This document shows positions 7,533-14,181 of a DNA stretch of 20,000 nt, one piece after another. The stretch lies in sequence record DRR723986_4006. One strand, 5' to 3'. The notes under the pieces are model-generated. The model did not search any database and had not been told where the DNA came from. It saw nothing but the letters and a program-made list of their open reading frames with translations. Position 1 is the first letter of the stretch; the number at the start of each line of letters is the position of its first letter. The position numbers were made by a program, and so were the translations under genes.

Positions 7533-8666
7533 ATGGCTGGCATCTATATCCATATTCCCTTTTGCAAACAAGCATGTTATTATTGCGATTTTCATTTTTC
7601 AACGTCACTAAAAAAGAAAGACGAACTTATTAGTGCCTTAGTCAAAGAAATTGAACTCCGTAAAGATGAATTTAGAGATACAACTGTTGAAACCATTTAT
7701 TTTGGAGGCGGCACACCTAGTTTGATATCTAATGAAGAACTACAGCTTATAATTGATGCGGTTTATGCTCATTATAGCGTTAGTAAAGATTCTGAAATCA
7801 CTTTAGAAGCAAATCCAGATGATTTGTCAAAAGATCGAATTTTGAAATTATCTAAAAGCCCAATCAATCGTTTATCTATTGGTATACAGTCCTTTTTTGA
7901 GACAGACTTAAAACTTATGAATCGTGCTCATAATGCTGAGGAAGCTAAGACCTGTTTAGAAGAAGCTACAAAGCATTTCGACAATATTTCCTTGGACTTA
8001 ATTTATGGAATCCCAGGAGCATCGAATGAGCAATGGATAAAGAATTTAGAAATTGCATTAAGTTATAATATACCACATATTTCTAGTTATGCTTTAACAG
8101 TAGAACCAAAAACAGCATTGGCATCTTTTATTGAGAAAGGAATTATTGAGAATGTAGATGATGAAAAAGCTCATGAGCAGTTTCATCTGTTGAAAGATAC
8201 TCTTGAAAATACCGGTTTTATTCATTATGAGCTTTCAAATTTTGGTAAAGAAGGTTTTTTTAGCAAAAACAATTCTGCTTATTGGCAGGGTAAATCATAT
8301 ATAGGAATTGGCCCATCTGCACACTCTTTTAATGGGAAACAACGTGGTTGGAATGTAAGAAATAATACCAAATACATAAAGGCGCTTCAACAAGATAATT
8401 TACCAATTGAAACCGAAACATTATCTGTTAAGGATCAGTATAATGAGTATGTGATGACTGGTTTAAGAACCATTTGGGGAGTATCCTTACATAAAGTTGA
8501 AGAGGACTTTGGTACCGCTTATAAAAATCACTTAATTGAACAAGCTAATATTTTTATAAATCAACATTTATTGTATATTGATGATGAGCATATTCGTGTA
8601 ACAAAAAAAGGTCAATTTTTAAGCGATGGTATTGCATCAGATTTATTTTTGCTTAATGTGATTTAA
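7533..8666 (+). CDS. hemW: Radical SAM heme chaperone HemW
   Basis: GIYIHIPFCKQACYYCDF (CX3CX2C), YFGGGTPS, EANPDD, RLSIGIQSF and YELSNF...NNSAYW motifs. Confidence 0.93.
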   Translation: MAGIYIHIPFCKQACYYCDFHFSTSLKKKDELISALVKEIELRKDEFRDTTVETIYFGGGTPSLISNEELQLIIDAVYAHYSVSKDSEITLEANPDDLSKDRILKLSKSPINRLSIGIQSFFETDLKLMNRAHNAEEAKTCLEEATKHFDNISLDLIYGIPGASNEQWIKNLEIALSYNIPHISSYALTVEPKTALASFIEKGIIENVDDEKAHEQFHLLKDTLENTGFIHYELSNFGKEGFFSKNNSAYWQGKSYIGIGPSAHSFNGKQRGWNVRNNTKYIKALQQDNLPIETETLSVKDQYNEYVMTGLRTIWGVSLHKVEEDFGTAYKNHLIEQANIFINQHLLYIDDEHIRVTKKGQFLSDGIASDLFLLNVI

Positions 8667-8837
8667 TATTACAATGCAAAAAATAATTAAAAGAATAAGA
8701 TTTACAGGCAAGCTAATAAATATAAAAACCATTAAATCCCATGGTCCGTTTTCTTGAAGCAACCATAAGGAAACTAGTGTTACAGATATTTATAATACAG
8801 TAAGAATTTTAAAACTGAACTTTTCAAATAATTTCAT
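8643..8837 (-). pseudogene. Small two-TM membrane protein with one internal stop (putative)
   Basis: MKLFEKFSFKILTVL*ISVTLVSLWLLQENGPWDLMVFIFISLPVNLILLIIFCIVILNHIKQK*; internal TAA at 8790-8792; fills the hemW-cyclase gap. Confidence 0.4.
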
Positions 8838-8869
8838 TCATATAAAATTAAAAGAATTAATAAGATTTT

Positions 8870-9619
8870 ATGTTAACCATTATCCAATACAATTCTAAAA
8901 AATTAAAAATAGATCTGTCTCAACCATTAGATATATCAATACCAATTAAGGATGATTCGTCTAATGTTAATGCGTGGTATATTGGTCCGCCAAAAATTGC
9001 ACCAGAAGTTTTTGATGATAAAACCATAAGTGTAGAGAAAGGTGCAGCGGTAAATTTCAATACTATAACTTTTAATCCGCATTCGCATGGTACCCATACT
9101 GAAACGGTTGGGCATATTACTAAAGAGAACTATTCGATTAATAAATTTTTAAAAAAATTTTTCTTTTTAGCAGAAGTCATTACTGTAGCGCCAGAGAAGT
9201 TTAATGATGATTATGTGATTTCAGCCAAACAATTGCAATTTGCCATAGGAAATAAGAAAAGAGAGGCCGTAGTAATAAGGACTATTCCTAATACTAAGGA
9301 CAAAAAATCGAGACAATACTCTCACACTAATTGGACCTATTTTCAAGAAGATGCCATAAAATTATTAGTGAGAAAGGGCATCAAACACTTACTTGTTGAT
9401 TTGCCAAGCGTAGATAGAGAAGAAGACGGTGGGGAATTAAAGGGACACAAAGCGTTTTGGGATTTAAATGGTAGAATTAGAAAAGACGCTACTATTACTG
9501 AGTTGGTATATGTTTCTAACAAGATTGAAGATGGTTGTTATATGTTAAATCTTCAGATAGCTCCTTTTGAAAATGATGCTACACCAAGTAAACCAATTTT
9601 ATACAAGGTATTAGGCTGA
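8870..9619 (+). CDS. Cyclase family metal-dependent hydrolase (kynurenine formamidase-like)
   Basis: PHSHGTHTE (HxGTHxD-like), LVDLPSVD...GHKAFW, ITE and DATPSKP motifs. Confidence 0.88.
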   Translation: MLTIIQYNSKKLKIDLSQPLDISIPIKDDSSNVNAWYIGPPKIAPEVFDDKTISVEKGAAVNFNTITFNPHSHGTHTETVGHITKENYSINKFLKKFFFLAEVITVAPEKFNDDYVISAKQLQFAIGNKKREAVVIRTIPNTKDKKSRQYSHTNWTYFQEDAIKLLVRKGIKHLLVDLPSVDREEDGGELKGHKAFWDLNGRIRKDATITELVYVSNKIEDGCYMLNLQIAPFENDATPSKPILYKVLG

Positions 9620-9627
9620 TATGTTGT

Positions 9628-9654
9628 GACATAGGAGCTATACCTGTGTCCTAC
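9628..9654 (-). repeat. REP-like short palindrome
   Basis: The minus strand reads GTAG-GACACAGG-TATAGCT-CCTATGTC: a GTAG tetranucleotide directly followed by an imperfect 8-bp stem, GC-richer than its surroundings. Confidence 0.4.
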
Positions 9655-9666
9655 AAATAGAATCAT

Positions 9667-10275
9667 ATGGAAACATTTTTTATAATTATTATAAGCATTT
9701 TAGTAACCTTAGGTATTGTTACTATTTACAAGCAATGGAAGACAAGACAAACTACAAATGCACAATCCTTACTATTATTAGATAAGGTTAAGCGCGTTTG
9801 TAAATTTATTACTGTTGAAGGTGATTTTGCTGAAATTTATCATTACGAAGACGTCAAAGAAAAATTCTTAAAACTTATTTCTAGTAGGAAAAAGGCACTT
9901 GTTGTTATCAATGCCAAAGCGCATGTAGGATTTGATTTAAGTAAGGTGCAAATGACCTCAAACCCAAAAACTAAATCGGTAATATTAACTCATTTTCCAC
10001 AACCTGAAGTTTTGTCTATAGAAAGTAATATCAACTATTACGATAAACAAGATGGTATGTTTAATAAGTTTGATGCGTCTGATCTAACCGATTTGCATGA
10101 AAAAGCCAAAGAACATATTAGAGAAAAAATTCCTGAGAGTGGTCTGTATAATGTGGCTAAGCAAGAAGCTCTTGAGGCAATTCACCTTATTGAAAATTTA
10201 GTCCAAACTATTGGCTGGACGCTAGATTATTCAGCTTTAAAAATTGAAGACAACGATAAAAAAATGATAGAGTAA
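9667..10275 (+). CDS. DUF4230 domain protein
   Basis: N-terminal TM anchor; KFITVEGDFAEIY, KKALVVINAKAHVGFDL and PQPEVLS motifs. Confidence 0.85.
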   Translation: METFFIIIISILVTLGIVTIYKQWKTRQTTNAQSLLLLDKVKRVCKFITVEGDFAEIYHYEDVKEKFLKLISSRKKALVVINAKAHVGFDLSKVQMTSNPKTKSVILTHFPQPEVLSIESNINYYDKQDGMFNKFDASDLTDLHEKAKEHIREKIPESGLYNVAKQEALEAIHLIENLVQTIGWTLDYSALKIEDNDKKMIE

Positions 10276-10276
10276 T

Positions 10277-10660
10277 ATGAAGTTTGAATACAGTAAAAAA
10301 GGTCAAAAACATTACCTATATCTAGGTGTGGTTTGGTTGGTTTTGGGTGTATTTCAATTTTTTTTAATGAAAGAACAATGGTGGCTTGGACTTGGCTGGA
10401 TACTACTGGCACTTCTATCATTTCTAAGTTTTGTGTATAGAAAAAGACAATATTACGTTACAATAAATTCTGAATTTGTAAAACTGAACTGGCCCTATAG
10501 TAAGAAAATCAAAATAAATGATATTAAAAGTATTAACTATTTTGCCGAAGACTATATAATTAAGTCAGATACAGATGAATTAAGAATTAATACCAACCAG
10601 ATTGAAGAAGGAGATTTAGAAACCTTAAAAAGTAAATTATTGAATCTCACTGAAGATTAA
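10277..10660 (+). CDS. Hypothetical membrane protein (2 TM plus PH-like soluble domain)
   Basis: Two hydrophobic helices followed by YVTI...KKIKINDIKSI; tightly coupled to the upstream gene. Confidence 0.7.
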   Translation: MKFEYSKKGQKHYLYLGVVWLVLGVFQFFLMKEQWWLGLGWILLALLSFLSFVYRKRQYYVTINSEFVKLNWPYSKKIKINDIKSINYFAEDYIIKSDTDELRINTNQIEEGDLETLKSKLLNLTED

Positions 10661-10676
10661 AAATAGGCTAGAGGTA

Positions 10677-11039
10677 ATGAATATAGAAGACTACAGAAAT
10701 TACTGCATGAGTAAAAAGGAAGTTACAGAGCACTTCCCTTTTGATGACAATGTATTAGTCTTTAAAGTCTGCAATAAGATGTTCGCCTTGGCATCACTGT
10801 CTAAATGGGAAAACGGAGAAGGATTTATTAATTTAAAATGTGATCCTGAATATGCTCAAGAACTTAGAGCAGAATATGATAGTATAAAACCAGGCTATCA
10901 TATGCATAAGCAACAATGGAATAGCGTTTACTTTCATACTGGTGAGTTATCAGTTGCACTCATTTTCAAACTTATCGATCATTCATATGAAATGATAGTA
11001 AAAGGATTACCAAAAAAAGTAAGAGAAACATTGAAATAA
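10677..11039 (+). CDS. MmcQ/YjbR family DNA-binding protein
   Basis: EHFPFD..LVFKV..KMFAL, NLKCDPE, PGYHMHKQQWN and IDHSY motifs. Confidence 0.92.
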   Translation: MNIEDYRNYCMSKKEVTEHFPFDDNVLVFKVCNKMFALASLSKWENGEGFINLKCDPEYAQELRAEYDSIKPGYHMHKQQWNSVYFHTGELSVALIFKLIDHSYEMIVKGLPKKVRETLK

Positions 11040-11067
11040 GTCTACATTTGTTTCAAAGTTATAAGAC

Positions 11068-11643
11068 ATGTCATTAGAAAAACAATTACAACAGCGCAGT
11101 AATAACCAATGCGAACTTTGTAACAGCTCTGAAAAGCTTTCAGTTTACAATGTGCCAGATATTAAAGAAAATAGCCTTAATACAGCGTTATTTGCTTGTA
11201 ATGTTTGTGTTGAACAAATGAATGATTCAGATAAAATTGAATTTAACCACTGGAGATGTTTAAATGACAGTATGTGGAGTGAGCATGATGCTGTTAAAGT
11301 CATGGCATGGAGAATGCTAAACAGAATTGAAGCAGATTGGACACAAGATCTATTAGGTATGATGTATCTTGAGGATGATGTTTTAGAATTAGCAAAAGCA
11401 TCCGGTGATGGAGAAGATGATGAAAACAAATTAGTTCATAGAGATGTTAATGGTGTTATTTTAGAACATGGTGATTCTGTAGTATTAATTAAGGATCTTA
11501 AAGTAAAAGGCTCTAGTATGATTGCTAAACAAGGCACAGCGGTTAGAAATATTAGATTAGATCATGAAAATGAAACGTATATCGAAGGTAAGGTAGGACC
11601 TACAAGAATCGTTATTATTACTGAATACGTAAAGAAAATTTAA
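11068..11643 (+). CDS. PhnA/YjdM-domain zinc-ribbon protein
   Basis: CELC...CNVC zinc ribbon; HWRCLNDSMWS; C-terminal RDVNG..L..GDSVVLIKDLKVKG...KQGTAVRNIRL. TACATTTG -7 element at 11043-11050. Confidence 0.88.
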   Translation: MSLEKQLQQRSNNQCELCNSSEKLSVYNVPDIKENSLNTALFACNVCVEQMNDSDKIEFNHWRCLNDSMWSEHDAVKVMAWRMLNRIEADWTQDLLGMMYLEDDVLELAKASGDGEDDENKLVHRDVNGVILEHGDSVVLIKDLKVKGSSMIAKQGTAVRNIRLDHENETYIEGKVGPTRIVIITEYVKKI

Positions 11644-11649
11644 TGCAAC

Positions 11650-11910
11650 ATGTTAGAGATTAGACCAACATGCGAAAACTGCAATAAGGATTTACCTTAT
11701 AATTCTAATGAGGCAATGATTTGTACGTTTGAGTGTACGTTCTGTAAAGACTGTGTTGATCTCTTACATCATGTCTGCCCCAATTGTGGTGGCGGTTTTA
11801 AAAAACTACCAATAAGACCATCACAACTTCTCGAAAAATATCCTGTTTCGGCTAAAATTGTATACAAGCCTGTAGATTTAGAGACACATTATAAGAATTT
11901 AAATACTTGA
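11650..11910 (+). CDS. DUF1272 Cys-rich (zinc-binding) protein
   Basis: MLEIRPTCENC...ICTFECTFC..C...CPNCGG pattern. Confidence 0.9.
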   Translation: MLEIRPTCENCNKDLPYNSNEAMICTFECTFCKDCVDLLHHVCPNCGGGFKKLPIRPSQLLEKYPVSAKIVYKPVDLETHYKNLNT

Positions 11911-11993
11911 TTTAGTTTCTGTTAACCGTTCGTCGATAATTTTAGTCACATTTAATTTTTCAACCCATTTTTTACTTCCATTAATCGATTATT

Positions 11994-12021
11994 GTTCAAG
12001 ATTTAAATATAAATGTTGAAC
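11994..12021. promoter_or_regulatory. Inverted repeat upstream of the STAS gene (putative operator)
   Basis: GTTCAAGATTTA-AATA-TAAATGTTGAAC, 11 of 12 positions complementary. Confidence 0.4.
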
Positions 12022-12074
12022 TTTAACTATAGATTATTAGCTCCAAATGTAATGTTCCATCTAAATGAAGTGTT

Positions 12075-12356
12075 ATGTCGTTAGAGATTTCTTATTACAA
12101 TAATTATTATAAGCTTAAAGGAGCTTTAAATAAAATAAACCTTAAAACATTCGATTCTCATTTCAAAAGTATTTTTGAAAAGACGAACAAAATCACAATA
12201 GATATTGCGAGCATTGCTAGTATAGACAGACATGGAGTAATGGCATTGGCAAAGTTGCACAATGAAGCCATTATGAAAAATAAAAGCTTATCCATAATTG
12301 GGCTTGGCTGTAAAGAATTATATGAGCATTTTAGAGGTGCTGAAACAGCAGCTTAA
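12075..12356 (+). CDS. STAS-domain (anti-anti-sigma-like) protein
   Basis: 93 aa; LKGALN...ITIDIASIASIDRHGVMALAKL...LSIIG fits the STAS fold pattern. Confidence 0.8.
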   Translation: MSLEISYYNNYYKLKGALNKINLKTFDSHFKSIFEKTNKITIDIASIASIDRHGVMALAKLHNEAIMKNKSLSIIGLGCKELYEHFRGAETAA

Positions 12357-12379
12357 CTTAAGTATTTAAAGATATTCGT

Positions 12380-12437
12380 AAGTGCGTTCTATACATTTGT
12401 GGTGACAGATAAATGTTTCGAATGCACTTTCTTTTTT
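12380..12437 (+). terminator. Long hairpin / intrinsic terminator
   Basis: AAGTGCGTTC (12380-12389) pairs with GAATGCACTT (12420-12429), with an inner ACATTTGT/ATAAATGT stem, followed by TCTTTTTT; lies between convergent genes. Confidence 0.6.
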
Positions 12438-12453
12438 CACCTCATTTTTTATT

Positions 12454-12924
12454 TTAGCAAGACATATCTGCTATAATTTTCCATTCATCATTTATCTTCT
12501 TAAAAATAATTATAAATACACCATCTGCATCTCCAATTTCTCGTTTTAGGTGATATTCTCCCATAACCCAATAGTTGTCTCCTTCAATTTTTGAAATATC
12601 ATTTATAACAAAGTTAAGAGTGCCACTTTCTGCTTGTGTAGGATAGTTTTTCTTGTAATTGGCAAGTGTCTGTTCCCAGCCAAGAGTTAAGCCATTAGAT
12701 CCATAAAACTTAAGCTGATCATTTTTCCAATAGCCTTGCATAAACCCTTCTAGGTCATGTTTATTCCAGTCTAATTCTTGTTGCTCCATTACTAGTCTAA
12801 TACCGGCTTCGGCCATATTAATTTCTGTTTCTTTTTGTATAGTATCCGTGGTTATATCTGCTTTAACACTAATGCAACTGAGGCATAATAAACCTATAAA
12901 TAGAATGGTAATATGTTTTTTCAT
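12454..12924 (-). CDS. NTF2/SnoaL-like (DUF4440/YybH-like) protein, probable lipoprotein
   Basis: Lipobox-like LCLSC; WNKHDLEGFMQGYW, GWEQTLANYKKNYP and KKINDEWKIIAD motifs. Confidence 0.82.
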   Translation of the reverse strand: MKKHITILFIGLLCLSCISVKADITTDTIQKETEINMAEAGIRLVMEQQELDWNKHDLEGFMQGYWKNDQLKFYGSNGLTLGWEQTLANYKKNYPTQAESGTLNFVINDISKIEGDNYWVMGEYHLKREIGDADGVFIIIFKKINDEWKIIADMSC

Positions 12925-12966
12925 GAGATTGAAATTTTAATTCAATCTAAAAATAAGCACAAATAA

Positions 12967-14067
12967 TTAAAGAATGCCTTTTTGCTTGTTTAAAAAGGCA
13001 TCGGCTTGGTGCTGCAATAGTTCTCGTGCTTTTTTACGCTTGTAGTTCATTATTTCTTCTTCGTCAGCGATTTCAGTGTACACCTTATTGTTAATGTCGT
13101 TATCTGTTTTTAGTATAAGCTTACGCTCTGCAACTTGTTGAGAAGTCCATGTCTTAATTCTTGTTTCCTGGTCTTCTAGTCTAAAATCAAATTCACCTTT
13201 TGGCGATAATAATTTTGCAAAAATTGGTGAGGTTTCAATAGCCAGAAACAATAAGAAAATAAAAAATGAAGGTAACCAAGGTAGTTCTCCTAAAGCATTT
13301 ACTCTAGCCATTAATCCATCAAAATTATCAATGATTGGTTGCGAATCGGCAACATTGGCCTTGTAATCTCCTTGCAATGATAAAATCTGAGATTCTAAAG
13401 CAGCTATTTTGGCTTTATTGTCGGTTTTTAGCTGCTCTAACTCAGCTAAGGCTGCATTATGTTTTTCACGTTTTTCTTTATATACAGGGCCTTTACCTAA
13501 AAGTTTTGTACCAGCTGTACCTTCTGCCTCAGAAATGTACGTATCATAAAGTGCGTTTACTTCTGACTCTTTGGTATTGACTTGAGACTGAAGACTCTGT
13601 ATTTGACTTTCTAATTCTGTAATCTTAGGATTAAATTGCTCAGCAATCTGATTTTGATTTGCTAAGGTTAGCTCATTTTTTTTTTCTAATAATACTTGAT
13701 TAATTTCTTTTTCAAATATTTTTAATTCAAGTGGTTTAGAAATTACTAAAGCAATAATAACAGCCAACATAATTCGAGGTGTAGCCTGCAAAATTTCGTC
13801 CATTATATTGTCACTTTTTTTAATGGTAGAAACTATGTAACGATCTAAATTAAAAATGAGTAAGCCCCAAATTAGTCCAAAAAAGATGGAGGTATATAGG
13901 TTGTCAAAAACTGTGTAAAGGGCATAGCTAGCTGCTATAGTAGCCATTAGTGCCGTAAAGAAAACAGTTGCGCCAATACCAGCATATTTATTCTGTTCGC
14001 CAATGGAACAATTTTTAAGTATATCTGTATCAGCTCCTGAGCAAAGGATAAAGAATTGCTTTAACAT
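12967..14067 (-). CDS. DUF4407 membrane / coiled-coil protein
   Basis: CSGAD..IL, GIGATVFFT, WGLLIFNLDRYIVS, ISKPLELKIFEKEI, a long coiled coil with GKGPVY, and IETSPIFAKL. Confidence 0.87.
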   Translation of the reverse strand: MLKQFFILCSGADTDILKNCSIGEQNKYAGIGATVFFTALMATIAASYALYTVFDNLYTSIFFGLIWGLLIFNLDRYIVSTIKKSDNIMDEILQATPRIMLAVIIALVISKPLELKIFEKEINQVLLEKKNELTLANQNQIAEQFNPKITELESQIQSLQSQVNTKESEVNALYDTYISEAEGTAGTKLLGKGPVYKEKREKHNAALAELEQLKTDNKAKIAALESQILSLQGDYKANVADSQPIIDNFDGLMARVNALGELPWLPSFFIFLLFLAIETSPIFAKLLSPKGEFDFRLEDQETRIKTWTSQQVAERKLILKTDNDINNKVYTEIADEEEIMNYKRKKARELLQHQADAFLNKQKGIL

Positions 14068-14134
14068 AAGATGTTCGATTTTGATTGATTGACTATTAGA
14101 ACGTTAAAACGTGTGTTTTGTTACATGTTTAACC

Positions 14135-14162
14135 AAAAAAAGCCTCAAATCTGAGGCTTTTT
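14135..14162 (-). terminator. Intrinsic terminator of the blaI-M56 operon (bidirectional geometry)
   Basis: AAAAAAAGCCTCA-AATC-TGAGGCTTTTT, 20 nt past the M56 stop. Confidence 0.88.
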
Positions 14163-14181
14163 ATTGTTGTTACTTAATGAA

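Noticed and set aside
7115-7595. - strand ORFs 7115-7369, 7165-7359 and 7410-7595
   Set aside because: Antisense to ruvC and hemW; spurious.
10227-11429. - strand ORFs 10227-10421 and 11145-11429
   Set aside because: Antisense overlaps of well-supported genes.
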